In this document: piece by piece, positions 30,104-40,566 of the stretch
Layout of the letters: the number at the start of each line of letters is the position of its first letter
How positions within the stretch are numbered: position 1 is the stretch's first letter
Source of the DNA: Candidatus Krumholzibacteriota bacterium
GTDB taxonomy: Bacteria > Krumholzibacteriota > Krumholzibacteriia > JAJRXK01
NCBI GenBank assembly: GCA_963764625.1
Contig: CAVXTH010000001.1
Coordinates: forward strand, 1-64,000
DNA: 64,000 nucleotides
Direction: 5' to 3'
Translations under genes and position numbers: made by a program
Notes under the pieces: model-generated
What the model was told of the DNA's origin: nothing
Databases searched by the model: none
The model's input: the letters and a program-made list of their open reading frames with translations, nothing else

Positions 30104-30877
30104 TCAAGCTCCCTTCGTCCCGGCGAAGACTTCCTTCTCGATCCACTCGTATCCCTTTTCCTCGAGTTCCTTGCCGAACTCGGGCCCTCCGCTGCGCACG
30201 ATGCGGCCGTCCATGTAGACGTGCACTGTGTGCGGCTTCACGTAGTCGAGGATCCGTTGGTAGTGGGTCACCAAAAGTACGCCGGTCTCTTCCCCGCAAA
30301 CTCGGTTGATTCCGTCGCTCACGAGTTTCAATGCATCGATGTCCAGCCCACTGTCGGTCTCGTCGAGCATGGCGACTCTGGGCTGTAACATGGCCATTTG
30401 CAGAATTTCCAGTCGTTTCTTCTCGCCGCCGCTGAATCCGTCGTTTACGTAGCGGCCGGCGAAATCGCGCGGAATCTCCAGCAACTCGAACTGCTCCATG
30501 AGCTGCTGACGAAACTCGCGCACGGGCACCTCTTCGCCACGCCGCGCGTTCACCGCGGAGCGGAGGAAGTTGGCCACGCTCACTCCGGGAATCGCGGCCG
30601 GATACTGGAAGGCGAGAAACAACCCGCGCCGGGCGCGTTCGTCGGCGGGCAACTGCAGAATCTCCTCGCCCAAGAGTTTGACGCTGCCGCGGGTGACGGT
30701 ATAGGAAGGATGGCCCATCACCGCGTTGGTGAGCGTGCTCTTGCCCGAGCCGTTGGGTCCCATCACCGCGACTTTCTCACCCTCGCGCAGGGTGAGGTTC
30801 AGACCCTTCACGATCTCCTTGCCCTCGATGGACACGTGGAGGTCCTCGATCTGTAATACCGTCTTCCGCTCGTCCAT
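30104..30877 (-). CDS. sufC: Fe-S assembly ATPase SufC
   Basis: [42 protein letters not shown]. Confidence 0.96.
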   Translation of the reverse strand: MDERKTVLQIEDLHVSIEGKEIVKGLNLTLREGEKVAVMGPNGSGKSTLTNAVMGHPSYTVTRGSVKLLGEEILQLPADERARRGLFLAFQYPAAIPGVSVANFLRSAVNARRGEEVPVREFRQQLMEQFELLEIPRDFAGRYVNDGFSGGEKKRLEILQMAMLQPRVAMLDETDSGLDIDALKLVSDGINRVCGEETGVLLVTHYQRILDYVKPHTVHVYMDGRIVRSGGPEFGKELEEKGYEWIEKEVFAGTKGA

Positions 30878-30914
30878 GATCCAAACTCCTGCCCGCTTTC
30901 GGCGGGAACCGCTC

Positions 30915-31403
30915 TCAGCGCGGGGTCAATTCGTGTTCAAAACTCTTGAGAATGAGGCGGCGCGGCTCCTCGAAACGCTCCTGCACGCGTCCGAAGCAGA
31001 GCAAGTCCGCCAGGGTGGTGCCCGAAAGCACCGTGGAGAGCAAGCCGTCCAACACCCCCCACAGGGAGCGGATGTTGCACTGCGAACCCGCGTGCACGCA
31101 GGCTTCGCCCTTTCCGTTGTGATCTTCGCAGAAACTGCCCTCGAAGAGCTGTCCCGAGAAGGCGGAGAGGACCTCCTGCAGCGAAATCTCGGCGGGGGGC
31201 CGTTTGAGAGCGTACCCCCCGCTTCTTCCCCGGACTGCCTCCACCAAACCTCGATCGCGCAATGGCCCCAACAGCTTGGCCACGTAGGAAGGGGTCAACG
31301 CCTCTTCCTTGGCGATCTCGTGCAGGCTGTGCGCCCCCAGGGGGGGACGCGCCAGCTGGAGAATGCAGCGCAAGCCGTATTCTTCTTGGGAGGAGATCTT
31401 CAT
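30915..31403 (-). CDS. Rrf2-family (IscR-like) regulator of the suf operon
   Basis: [15 protein letters not shown]; three C-terminal Cys (FC..AC..QC). Confidence 0.9.
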   Translation of the reverse strand: MKISSQEEYGLRCILQLARPPLGAHSLHEIAKEEALTPSYVAKLLGPLRDRGLVEAVRGRSGGYALKRPPAEISLQEVLSAFSGQLFEGSFCEDHNGKGEACVHAGSQCNIRSLWGVLDGLLSTVLSGTTLADLLCFGRVQERFEEPRRLILKSFEHELTPR

Positions 31404-31451
31404 GACCGGCTTTCCATGCCTTTGCGCACCGGGTTCAGCCCGGGCGAAGCC

Positions 31452-31483
31452 AAACTACAAAACTTTACTCTTTTGTCAAGTAT
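31452..31483 (-). promoter_or_regulatory. Sigma70 promoter overlapped by an IscR-type inverted repeat
   Basis: Minus strand ATACTTGACAAAAGAGTAAAGTTTTGTAGTTT: TTGACA-16 nt-TAGTTT, with imperfect palindrome ACTTGAC-N6-GTAAAGT. Confidence 0.7.
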
Positions 31484-31555
31484 AATGGAAGACCCGGGAG
31501 GGCGCCAAGGAGAATTTCCGTCTAAGAAGAGAGAAAGCAACGGTTTAGGCGGCCT

Positions 31556-32059
31556 TTAGGACTGGCCCTGGATGTACCCGACCACCATTTCGTAGGCCTG
31601 ACGCCCCTCGGCCAAAAGGCGGCCCTGGGCGTCGTAGACGCGGAAATAGGGGACGCTCTGCAGCTTGAACTGGCGCGCCACCGGCGATTGCCAGTCGATC
31701 CCGTTGACCCCCGGCCGGTTGATGTCGACCTGGATCACCGTGATGTCGGAGCGCTCGGCGTCCATTTGGCGCAAATGCGGCGCAATCCGGCGGCAGGGGG
31801 GACAGAATTCGCTGTAGAAGTCGATGACGTTGATCTGGCCCTGGACCAGGTGCGGGGCGAGATCGATGGGATCTCCGTGTGACAGAACCACTTCCTGCGC
31901 GTCGGCGTCCCCCGTCGTGGTCTCGGCCGCGTTCGCCCCGCTTGACCCCGATGCAGAGTTCTGCGCGGTCTTTTCGCCCTTCCCGCAGGCGGCCAGCGAG
32001 AGCAGCAGCCACAGCGAAGCCAGAGCTGCGAGCCTGGCGGTGTGTCCGGTGAAACCCAT
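31556..32059 (-). CDS. Thioredoxin-family lipoprotein
   Basis: Lipobox LAAC; DFYSEFCPPC active site. Confidence 0.85.
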   Translation of the reverse strand: MGFTGHTARLAALASLWLLLSLAACGKGEKTAQNSASGSSGANAAETTTGDADAQEVVLSHGDPIDLAPHLVQGQINVIDFYSEFCPPCRRIAPHLRQMDAERSDITVIQVDINRPGVNGIDWQSPVARQFKLQSVPYFRVYDAQGRLLAEGRQAYEMVVGYIQGQS

Positions 32060-32285
32060 GCCGATCCTCCCGACGCTGAAGTCCTGATTCTAGCAGGCTA
32101 AAGCTAAGCAAAGCCCCGCGGCGAGCCAAGTCTCGCAGCTCCACCCAACGCGCGGGGACTTTTCTTGTGACCCGGGTCGGCTTGGATCGCGGCTTGCGAG
32201 AGTTCCCCGAGCCCTCTATCGTGCGCCGCAACGGACTCCAACCCGCCGGCACCCCCCGCCGGCATCGGCATCTCGAGGCGGTTCC

Positions 32286-32516
32286 ATGGCCGATCCCACC
32301 GACAAGGTCGCGACCAACGTATCTGGTCCCTTCTACGTCGACTCCCAGTGCATCGACTGTGATCTGTGCCGCCAAACGGCCCCGGCAAATTTCGAGCGCA
32401 ACGAGGACGAGGGCTATAGTTATGTCTATAAACAGCCCGAGACCCGCGAGGAACTCGAACAGTGTCAGGAAGCTCTCGAGGAGTGCCCGGTCGAGGCCAT
32501 CGGAAAAGATGGTTGA
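32286..32516 (+). CDS. Ferredoxin (single 4Fe-4S/3Fe-4S cluster)
   Basis: CIDCDLC...CPVEAIG. Confidence 0.92.
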   Translation: MADPTDKVATNVSGPFYVDSQCIDCDLCRQTAPANFERNEDEGYSYVYKQPETREELEQCQEALEECPVEAIGKDG

Positions 32517-32582
32517 AGCGGCCGCGACTCGTGAAACCTCGTGGAGCCCGATTCGAAACCAGCTGAGGCCGGCGGAGAAACC

Positions 32583-33161
32583 ATGAAACAGCTCTTGAAC
32601 GTCGCGCGCATGGGCAACCCGATTCTGCGCCGCAAGGCCCAGGACGTCGCACCGGCCCGGATCCGAAAGCGCGAATTCCAGGACTTCCTGGACAGCATGA
32701 TTCTGACCATGCATGAGTACGAGGGGGTGGGTCTGGCCGCGCCGCAGGTGCACCAAAGCATGCGCGTGGTGGTCCTGCACGAAGAGGCGGGCATCACCGG
32801 CAAGGCCGAGCTGCCGATCACCGTGCTCATCAACCCGCAGATCACGGCGCTGACCGAAGAGTGCTCCTCGATGTGGGAAGGCTGCCTCAGTGTGCCGGGT
32901 CTGCGCGGGAAAGTGAGCCGCCCCAACCGAGTGCGGCTCGAAGCCCTCGACCGCGAGGGCAAGCGGATCGAGAGCGAGTTGGACGGCTTCGCCGCCATCG
33001 TCATTCAGCACGAGTGCGACCACCTCGATGGAGTGCTCTTCGTCGACCGCATCGAGAACCCCGACGAACTGGCCTTCGAGCGCGAATTCGAGCGTTACGT
33101 CCGACCCGAGCTGCTCGAAACGGAAGAAGCCGAAGAAGCCGAAGAAGAAGAGGCAGGCTAG
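32583..33161 (+). CDS. def: Peptide deformylase
   Basis: GVGLAAPQV, EGCLS, QHECDHLDG. Confidence 0.95.
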   Translation: MKQLLNVARMGNPILRRKAQDVAPARIRKREFQDFLDSMILTMHEYEGVGLAAPQVHQSMRVVVLHEEAGITGKAELPITVLINPQITALTEECSSMWEGCLSVPGLRGKVSRPNRVRLEALDREGKRIESELDGFAAIVIQHECDHLDGVLFVDRIENPDELAFEREFERYVRPELLETEEAEEAEEEEAG

Positions 33162-33166
33162 TCCGC

Positions 33167-33640
33167 GTGGGCTCCACCCTGCCGCGCCGTCCCACGCGCC
33201 CCGACCACGAACGGCGCAAGCAGAAGGCCATCACCTTGGCGGTGGGACAGTACAACCACGGTCTCTACTTCGAATGTCACGAGACCCTGGAGGAGATCTG
33301 GCTGGAGGAAGCGGGCGAGGACCGGAACTTCCTCCAGGGGATCATCCAGGCCGCGGCCGCCCTGCACAATCTGCAACGGGGACGTTGCCAGGGTCCGGCG
33401 CGCCTCCTTCAGGCGGCGCGCACGAAGCTTTTACCCTACGGTCCGACCCACCTGGGCGTGAATTTGCGCGCGCTGTGCGCCGAACTCGAGAAACTCCATC
33501 GGCAGGCAGTGGCCCGCGACGCGAGCGGCGAGGCGTCAGAGGACCATGAGACCGCCGAAGCGACGGCCAAAGGGACTCCTTGGATTCCGAGTCCCACCCC
33601 GCGCATCCCCTATCGGGAACCGCCGTTCGAGTACAAGTAG
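33167..33640 (+). CDS. DUF309 domain protein (start uncertain)
   Basis: YFECHETLEEIW..FLQGIIQAAAALH. Confidence 0.8.
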   Translation: MGSTLPRRPTRPDHERRKQKAITLAVGQYNHGLYFECHETLEEIWLEEAGEDRNFLQGIIQAAAALHNLQRGRCQGPARLLQAARTKLLPYGPTHLGVNLRALCAELEKLHRQAVARDASGEASEDHETAEATAKGTPWIPSPTPRIPYREPPFEYK

Positions 33641-33684
33641 CCCGTCTTGCCCGCATTCTCTGGGCCCTCTATACTGAGCTCACC

Positions 33685-34842
33685 ATGGCACGCAAACTCA
33701 GAGACCTCCCGCGCGACCGTCCCGCCAAGACGCTCCGGACCGGAATTCCGCTGGAATCCATCGCGGCCAAAGTGGAAGCCGGTCAGAGACTGTCCTTCGA
33801 GGACGGGGTGGCGCTGTTTGAGAGCGCGGACCTGCTCGAGGTGGGCCGCCTGGCCGACATGGCCAACCGGCGCCGCAACGGACGGCGGGTCTACTACAAC
33901 GTCAACCGCCATCTGAATCCCACTAACGTCTGCTTCGTCGGTTGCGAGCTGTGCGCGTACCAGGACATTCCCAACGCGCCGGGCACCTGGGCCTACAGCC
34001 CGCAGGAGTGCGTGGAGCTGGCGCGCAAGGACTACACCCCCGAGGTCACCGAATTCCACATCGTGGGCGGACTGCATCCCAAGTGGAAGTTCCCCCACTA
34101 CCTGGAGATCCTGCGCGCGCTCAAGGAAGCCTTCCCGCAGGTCCATCTGAAAGCCTTCACCATGGTGGAGATCGACTGGCTGGCACGCCTGGCGGAGAAG
34201 AGCGTGCCGGAGACTCTGCAGGTTCTGCGTGAGGCCGGTCTGGGCTCGTGTCCGGGGGGCGGAGCGGAGATCTTCGCGCCGCGCGCGCGTGACATCATCG
34301 CCCAGCGCAAGATGACCGGGGAACGCTGGCTGCAGGTGGCCAAGATGGTGCACGAGGCCGGTCTGCGATCCAACGCCACCATCCTGTACGGCTGCGTGGA
34401 AACTCACGAAGAGCGCGTCGACCACCTGATCCAACTGCGCGAGCTGCAGGACGAAACCGGCGGCTTCCAGTGTTTCATTCCCCTGGCCTTCCATCCCGAG
34501 AACACGCCCTTCGAGGGACACATGGCCGCCACCGACGGCTTCGACGACTTGAAGATGATCGCGGTGAGCCGTCTGATGCTCGACAACTTCGATCACATCA
34601 AGGCCTACTGGGTGATGCTGACCCAGAAGATTGCGCAGGTCGCGCTTCTCTTCGGCGCCAACGATCTGGACGGCACCATCATCGACGAACGCATCACCCA
34701 GGCCGCCGGCGGGGTAGCCGGCAAGGGCATGACGCGGCCGCAGATCGAGGACTTCATTCGCGAGGCGGGGCGCATTCCAGTGCAGCGCGATACCCTGTAC
34801 CACCCCCTCAGTGTGGCCATCGAGACCGAGAGCGCGGTATGA
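33685..34842 (+). CDS. mqnE: Aminofutalosine synthase MqnE (radical SAM, futalosine menaquinone pathway)
   Basis: NRHLNPTNVCFVGCELC, EFHIVGGLHP, HLKAFT, FIPLAFHPEN, HIKAYW. Confidence 0.88.
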   Translation: MARKLRDLPRDRPAKTLRTGIPLESIAAKVEAGQRLSFEDGVALFESADLLEVGRLADMANRRRNGRRVYYNVNRHLNPTNVCFVGCELCAYQDIPNAPGTWAYSPQECVELARKDYTPEVTEFHIVGGLHPKWKFPHYLEILRALKEAFPQVHLKAFTMVEIDWLARLAEKSVPETLQVLREAGLGSCPGGGAEIFAPRARDIIAQRKMTGERWLQVAKMVHEAGLRSNATILYGCVETHEERVDHLIQLRELQDETGGFQCFIPLAFHPENTPFEGHMAATDGFDDLKMIAVSRLMLDNFDHIKAYWVMLTQKIAQVALLFGANDLDGTIIDERITQAAGGVAGKGMTRPQIEDFIREAGRIPVQRDTLYHPLSVAIETESAV

Positions 34843-36308
34843 GACCCTCCGACGAACGGCCGCACGCGCGGTGGAGCTGGCTGTGGGCGCTTCTTCTCCC
34901 CGCGTGGCTCACCGCCTGCGCGGTGAATCCGGTGACCGGCAAGCAGCAGATCTCGCTCATGAGCGAGTCGCAACGGGAATCGCTGGGGGAGAGCAGCGAC
35001 CAGCAGATCGTGGTCCAGTACGGCCTGGTGGCCAATCCCCAGCTCGCGGCCTACATCGACAGCGTCGGCCAGACCCTCATTCCGGTCAGTCACGTCCCCC
35101 AGGAGAAGTTCCAGTTTCGTCTTCTGGACGACGCGGTGGTGAACGCCTTCGCGGTGCCCGGAGGCTACGTCTACGTCACCCGCGGCATCCTGGCCTATCT
35201 CAACGACCAGGCCGCCCTGGCCGGGGTGATGGGACACGAAGTGGGGCACGTGGCAGCGCGCCACAGCGCGCAGCAATACACCAAGCAAGTCCTGCTCGGA
35301 GCGGGTCTGCAGTTGGGTGCCGCCCTGAACTCCACCCTGGCGCGCTATGCACAGCTCGGCGGCGCCGCCGCGCAACTCCTCATGCTCAAATACAGCCGCG
35401 ACGACGAACGCGAGGCCGATCGTTTGGGCGTGGAGTATGCCAGCAAGCTGGGCTACGACACCCAGGAGATGGCCAAGTTTTTCCGCACCCTCGACGCCCT
35501 CTTCGGGGGAAGCGGCGGACTGCCCAACTGGACCAGCACGCACCCCGATCCGGGCGAACGCTACCAGACGGTGAGCGCCTTGACCCAACAGTGGCAGGGC
35601 AAGCTACCGGGGCCCTTCGTCCAGGACCGCGACCAATATCTCGAGCACCTCGAGGGTCTCATCTTCGGAGCGAACCCGCGCCAGGGGGTGGTGAAGGGCA
35701 ACGAGTTCGTCCACCCCGACCTGCGCTTCCGCTTCCCGGTGCCCGCGGGCTGGCAGTTGGCCAACTCCGCCAGCCAGGTGCAGATGGCCCCGCCCGAAGG
35801 GGACGCGGTGGTGATCTTCACAGCCGGCGCCGCTCAGGATCCCGCGAGCGCGGGCCAGAGCTTCGCCCAGCAGGCCGGCGTCACCGTCAGCTCCAGCCGT
35901 CGGCTGACCATCGGCGGATGGCCCGCCTTCCAGCAGCTGGGCACCCTGACCCCGAGCAGCGAGCAAGACACCCCCACGAGCCTGGTCTCCACTTTCATCA
36001 ACCGCTCGGATCAGCTCTTCGTGTTCCACGGCTTGAGCGCCACCACTGATTTCGAACGTTTTCGCTCTACTTTCGAAAACGTCGCCCAGGGCTTCGCGCC
36101 GCTCTCCGATCCGGCCCTCTTGAATCTGCAGCCGATCACCCTGCACCTCATTCGCACCCCCAGATTGGCTCCCTTTTCCCAGCAAGTGGCGGCCTGGCCC
36201 GTCCCCGAGGGGGCCGAACTGGGCAGCGGGGGGCTGGCTCTTTTGAACGGGCAGGAGCCCGGCGATCTCATCCCCGCGGGCACGCTTCTAAAGGTCCTGC
36301 GCCCTTAG
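34839..36308 (+). CDS. M48-family metalloprotease lipoprotein
   Basis: LTAC lipobox, [33 protein letters not shown]. Confidence 0.9.
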   Translation: MRPSDERPHARWSWLWALLLPAWLTACAVNPVTGKQQISLMSESQRESLGESSDQQIVVQYGLVANPQLAAYIDSVGQTLIPVSHVPQEKFQFRLLDDAVVNAFAVPGGYVYVTRGILAYLNDQAALAGVMGHEVGHVAARHSAQQYTKQVLLGAGLQLGAALNSTLARYAQLGGAAAQLLMLKYSRDDEREADRLGVEYASKLGYDTQEMAKFFRTLDALFGGSGGLPNWTSTHPDPGERYQTVSALTQQWQGKLPGPFVQDRDQYLEHLEGLIFGANPRQGVVKGNEFVHPDLRFRFPVPAGWQLANSASQVQMAPPEGDAVVIFTAGAAQDPASAGQSFAQQAGVTVSSSRRLTIGGWPAFQQLGTLTPSSEQDTPTSLVSTFINRSDQLFVFHGLSATTDFERFRSTFENVAQGFAPLSDPALLNLQPITLHLIRTPRLAPFSQQVAAWPVPEGAELGSGGLALLNGQEPGDLIPAGTLLKVLRP

Positions 36309-36385
36309 AAACTTGCCAAGCCCTCAAATCGGCCTATCTTGCGCCGGCTTTTCGGCAGAATTCCAGGTCCAGTAGGAGGACGGCA

Positions 36386-38488
36386 GTGTCCACCGCGATT
36401 TCTGATCTCTCGAAGGTCCGCAACATCGGGATCTCCGCACACATCGACTCGGGTAAGACCACGCTCACCGAGAGAATCCTTTTCTATACCCAGCGCATCC
36501 ATGCCATCCACGAGGTTCGGGGCAAGGACGGCGTCGGCGCCACCATGGACTCCATGGATCTCGAGCGCGAACGGGGGATCACCATCGCCTCCGCCGCCAC
36601 CTATTGCAGATGGAAGAACCACCACATCAACATCATCGACACCCCCGGGCACGTCGACTTCACCATCGAGGTCGAGCGATCCCTGCGCGTGCTCGACGGC
36701 GCGGTGCTGGTGTTGTGTTCGGTGGCTGGCGTCCAGAGTCAGTCGATCACGGTCGACCGGCAGATGCGCCGTTACAACGTCCCGCGCCTGGCCTTCATCA
36801 ACAAGTGCGACCGCTCCGGTGCCAACCCCATGCGGGTGACCGAGCAGTTGCGCGAGAAGCTCAAGCACAACGCAGTCATGATGCAGATTCCCATCGGGTT
36901 GGAGGCGAAGCACGAGGGCGTGGTCGACCTGGTGAAGATGAAGGCGATCTACTTCGACGGCGAGAGCGGGGAGACCCTGCGCGAAGAGGAAATCCCCGCT
37001 GGCCTCTTGCCCGAGGCCCAGGCGCGCCGCGAGCTGATGCTCGACGCGGTGTCGATGTTCTCCGACGAACTCATGGAAGCGATGCTCGAGGAGAGAGTCA
37101 CCGAGGAACTCATCCACCATGCCGTCCGCCGCGCCACCATCGCGCGCGAACTGACTCCGGTGTTCATGGGCAGCGCCTACAAGAACCAGGGAGTGCAGCT
37201 TCTGCTCGACGCAGTGAATCTCTACTTGCCCGATCCTACCGAGGTGCAGAACGAAGCGGTGCGGATCGAGAAGGGAGAAGAGGTCACCTTTCCGGTGGTC
37301 GTCTCGCCCGACAAGCCCTTCCTCGCCCTGGCCTTCAAGCTGGAAGTGAGCCCCTACGGTCAGCTCACCTACCTGCGGGTGTACCAGGGAACCCTGCGCA
37401 AGGGCGACAGCATCGCGAACACCCGCAGCGGCAACAAGGTCAAGGTCGGACGTCTGGCCCGCATGCACGCCGACCAGATGGAGGACATCGAATCGACCCA
37501 GGCCGGGGACATCGTGGCCCTGTTCGGAGTCGATTGCGCCAGCGGCGACACCTTCACCGACGGAAGCTTCGAGGCCTCGATGAGCTCGATGCACGTGCCC
37601 GAGCCGGTGATCAAGCTCGCAATCACTCCCAAGGACAACGGCGCCCAGCAGAATCTGGCCAAGGCCCTCGCGCGTTTCACCAAGGAAGACCCGACTTTCC
37701 GCGCCGGTACCGACGAGGAAACGGGAGACACCATCATCGCCGGCATGGGCGAGCTCCACCTGGAGGTCTACGTCGAACGCATGAAGCGCGAGTTCAAGGC
37801 CGAGGTCATAACCGGCAAGCCCCAGGTCGCGTTCCGCGAGACGATCACCCAAGCGGTGGATTTCGACTACGTGCACAAGAAGCAGACCGGCGGCAGCGGG
37901 CAGTACGGCCGGGTGGTGGGAACGCTCGCACCGCGGGAGGAGGAAGGCGAGTTCCTCTTCGAGAATCACGTGGTTGGCGGCCGCATTCCCAGCGAGTACA
38001 TCAACGCGGTCGAAAAGGGATTCCGCGCCTCTTTGGATCGAGGCGAATTCATCGGTTTCCCGGTGGTGGGCATCAGAGTCGACCTGAAGGACGGCGCCTA
38101 CCACGCGGTCGACAGTAGCGACACCGCGTTCCAGGCCGCGGCCAGGGGCGCGTTCCGCGAGAACTATCTCAAGGCCAAGCCGGTCGCGCTGGAGCCCATC
38201 ATGCTGGTCTCGGTCGAAGGACCCACCGAATTCCAGGGGGAGATCCTGGCCACCGTGATGCAGCGCCGCGGCATGATCGTCGGCACCACCGAGGACGCGG
38301 GCTTCGTGCGCATCGACGCCGAGGTGCCCTTGAGCGAAATGTTCGGTTATGCGACGATTCTTCGCAGCGGCACCCAGGGCAAGGCCGAATTCAGCATGGA
38401 ATTCAAACGCTACGGCAAGGCGCCGCAGGAAGTGGCCGAGGAGCTCAGGGCTCAGTGGCTGGAGAAGCGCGCCTCCGGAAAAAGCTAA
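36386..38488 (+). CDS. fusA: Elongation factor G (spirochete/delta/planctomycete EF-G1 type)
   Basis: [43 protein letters not shown]; AGGAGG RBS. Confidence 0.96.
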   Translation: MSTAISDLSKVRNIGISAHIDSGKTTLTERILFYTQRIHAIHEVRGKDGVGATMDSMDLERERGITIASAATYCRWKNHHINIIDTPGHVDFTIEVERSLRVLDGAVLVLCSVAGVQSQSITVDRQMRRYNVPRLAFINKCDRSGANPMRVTEQLREKLKHNAVMMQIPIGLEAKHEGVVDLVKMKAIYFDGESGETLREEEIPAGLLPEAQARRELMLDAVSMFSDELMEAMLEERVTEELIHHAVRRATIARELTPVFMGSAYKNQGVQLLLDAVNLYLPDPTEVQNEAVRIEKGEEVTFPVVVSPDKPFLALAFKLEVSPYGQLTYLRVYQGTLRKGDSIANTRSGNKVKVGRLARMHADQMEDIESTQAGDIVALFGVDCASGDTFTDGSFEASMSSMHVPEPVIKLAITPKDNGAQQNLAKALARFTKEDPTFRAGTDEETGDTIIAGMGELHLEVYVERMKREFKAEVITGKPQVAFRETITQAVDFDYVHKKQTGGSGQYGRVVGTLAPREEEGEFLFENHVVGGRIPSEYINAVEKGFRASLDRGEFIGFPVVGIRVDLKDGAYHAVDSSDTAFQAAARGAFRENYLKAKPVALEPIMLVSVEGPTEFQGEILATVMQRRGMIVGTTEDAGFVRIDAEVPLSEMFGYATILRSGTQGKAEFSMEFKRYGKAPQEVAEELRAQWLEKRASGKS

Positions 38489-38505
38489 TCAACAGGAGTC
38501 TTCGC

Positions 38506-39225
38506 ATGATCTACCGCAAGGATATCAACGAACGAAGTCCCTTGAGGGTTTTCGAGCGCTCCATCCATGGCGGACTGGGCCAGGGAAACATCGGCCTGGT
38601 CATGAGTCGCGCCGGCCTGGGGAAAACCGCTTTTCTGGTGGACGTGGCGTTGGACGCCTGCATGCGCGATGACAAAGTACTCCACGTCGACACCGAGCAC
38701 ACGGCGCAGAGGGTCCGCGAATACTACGAGGAAGTGTTCCGCGATCTGGCGCAGGGGACGGGACTCGAGGACCGCGAGAACGTGCACCTTCAGGTCGAGC
38801 GCAACCGTATGATCCACAGCTTCCTGCACGGCTCCTTCAGTCTGGAACGGGTCCAGCAGGCGATGATCTACATGAAGGAGCACATCGACTTCGTTCCCTC
38901 GTGCATCATCCTGGACGGCTTCCCCGCCTGGGAGCAGCTGGGTCCCCAGGAGCTCACCGAGAGTCTCCAGGCGGTCAAGAAAATGGCGGTGGAGGCGGAG
39001 ACCGAGATCTGGATCTCAGCCCAGGGTCACCGCGAGGACGAGCGCGATGAGCTGGGCGTGCCGCTGCGCCTGCATCCCTATCTGGAATACCTCTCGGTCG
39101 TAGTGCGTCTGGTGTCCAAGGGAAACCAGGTCCGCCTGCAACTGGTCAAGGACCACGAGAATCCCGACCTGGCCGACCTGCACATCGAACTCGACCCCAA
39201 GACGCTCTTGCTCAAGTGGCGCTAG
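38506..39225 (+). CDS. RecA/KaiC-like P-loop protein of unknown function
   Basis: GGLGQGNIGLVMSRAGLGKT Walker A; IILDG Walker B. Confidence 0.75.
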   Translation: MIYRKDINERSPLRVFERSIHGGLGQGNIGLVMSRAGLGKTAFLVDVALDACMRDDKVLHVDTEHTAQRVREYYEEVFRDLAQGTGLEDRENVHLQVERNRMIHSFLHGSFSLERVQQAMIYMKEHIDFVPSCIILDGFPAWEQLGPQELTESLQAVKKMAVEAETEIWISAQGHREDERDELGVPLRLHPYLEYLSVVVRLVSKGNQVRLQLVKDHENPDLADLHIELDPKTLLLKWR

Positions 39226-40075
39226 GCACCGAAATGGGCTGCTTCTTCTTGTCCGCCGTTTCGAGCGAGCCGTAGGGAACCGACGGTCCGCTACCATCGG
39301 GCGGAAGTTCCGTCATGTTCACCGCACGCGTGATCTCGCTTTCGACCGGTTTGAAACGGCCGCTCTCGCCCGGAGAAAGACGCAGCGCACCCGAGCTGCG
39401 TGGTAGATCGATCACCAGACGACGCAGCTCGATCGCGACGTCGGTGAAGACGCGCAGGGCGTCTCCCCCCAGTGGCCGGTGGGTATGGATCGCGATCTTC
39501 TGGTCGTCGACCTGCAGGTGAATGGACATCGGTTCGACCACTTCGCGCGCCTGCGACATCAGCAAGTACAACGCCTGCGACATCAACACCGAGCGCTCGT
39601 CCACGCGGGCCGCCTCGCATTCCCATTCCATGCGCAGGGCGAACGGGGGTGGAGTCGTGTGGCGCAAGCGGCGCAGCAGAGCGCGCCACGGGCTCATCGC
39701 CTTACGGACGGGAGAGATTCTCAGCCCGTTCAGGGTGAGGAGTTTGTTTTCGAAGAGAAAGGACTGCTGGACCTCGCCCTGCATGCGCCGGCGGCAGAGG
39801 TACCAGGTGCCCAGACCGTCGGTGCCGCGCAACACGTCCGAGAGTCCCGCGTCGCGGCCCGTCCCACCCAGACCCGTCGCCAGGTCCAGAAGTGAAGGGG
39901 GAAGGCGCTGAGTCTGGGCGCTGAGCCCACGGCTCTCGGCCAGGGCGTACAAATCGTAGCGCTCCTGCTCGCGGCGGCGACGGCGGTGCAGAGCGATGAC
40001 ACTCCGAAAAAGGACCAGGAACGCCATGGTCAGAGCGCCGAGTCCGATCGCGGGGAGGTTGTTCATGATGTTCAA
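39212..40075 (-). CDS. Hypothetical protein with N-terminal TM anchor
   Basis: 287-aa ORF filling the gap; hydrophobic N-terminus followed by an Arg-rich stretch. Confidence 0.6.
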   Translation of the reverse strand: MNIMNNLPAIGLGALTMAFLVLFRSVIALHRRRRREQERYDLYALAESRGLSAQTQRLPPSLLDLATGLGGTGRDAGLSDVLRGTDGLGTWYLCRRRMQGEVQQSFLFENKLLTLNGLRISPVRKAMSPWRALLRRLRHTTPPPFALRMEWECEAARVDERSVLMSQALYLLMSQAREVVEPMSIHLQVDDQKIAIHTHRPLGGDALRVFTDVAIELRRLVIDLPRSSGALRLSPGESGRFKPVESEITRAVNMTELPPDGSGPSVPYGSLETADKKKQPISVPSAT

Positions 40076-40286
40076 GACGGCTCCCGATGCGCGGCGGGGA
40101 GCACTCGGTGGTATCTCCAGTGAAGACGAATCTCTGCAGACTCCGTGCCGCCTGGGGGCGACCGGTTACCCACGAGGGGACCGGAGGGGAGCGCTCTCCC
40201 TCGTGACGGAGCATGGCGGCGCGCAGGGGCGCACAAGCGCAGATTAAAGCCCGGGGACGCGACCTCACGGCGCGCCTGAATCGAGG

Positions 40287-40322
40287 CAAAACGAGAGCCC
40301 TCCGCGGAGGCAGAGGGCTCTC
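40287..40322 (-). terminator. Rho-independent terminator after tRNA-Glu
   Basis: GAGAGCCCTC/GAGGGCTCTC stem followed by a T run on the minus strand. Confidence 0.7.
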
Positions 40323-40326
40323 GAGC

Positions 40327-40402
40327 TGGCAGCCCCTAGGGGAATCGAACCCCTGTTACCTGGCTGAGAACCAGGCGTCCTAGGCCACTAGACGAAGGGG
40401 CC
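40327..40402 (-). tRNA. tRNA-Glu(CTC)
   Basis: GGCCCCTTCGTCTAGTGGCCTAGGACG-CCTGGTTCTCAGCCAGG-TAACAGGGGTTCGATTCCCCTAGGGGCTGCCA. Confidence 0.96.
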
Positions 40403-40422
40403 ACTGAGGCCATGGAGCGTGA

Positions 40423-40450
40423 AGTATACAAAATGGGGCGTGCGGCGCAA
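40423..40450 (-). promoter_or_regulatory. Sigma70-type promoter of tRNA-Glu
   Basis: TTGCGC-16 nt-TATACT on the minus strand. Confidence 0.55.
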
Positions 40451-40566
40451 GGAGGGGCGCCCACTGGACACGGCAGAGCCACAAGACTAGTCTGTGGCCT
40501 CCCAGCGCGGGCGCCGCGGGGCGCTCCCGTGTCTCCTTCAGTCGTATTCGCGGAAGCCGTCCGATC

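Noticed and set aside
31495-31519. Third copy of the GGAAAT ECF promoter upstream of the suf operon
   Set aside because: GGAAAT is present on the minus strand, but there is no CGT at 16-17 nt spacing.
33122-33152. GAAGAAGCC repeat
   Set aside because: It simply encodes the acidic low-complexity tail of peptide deformylase.
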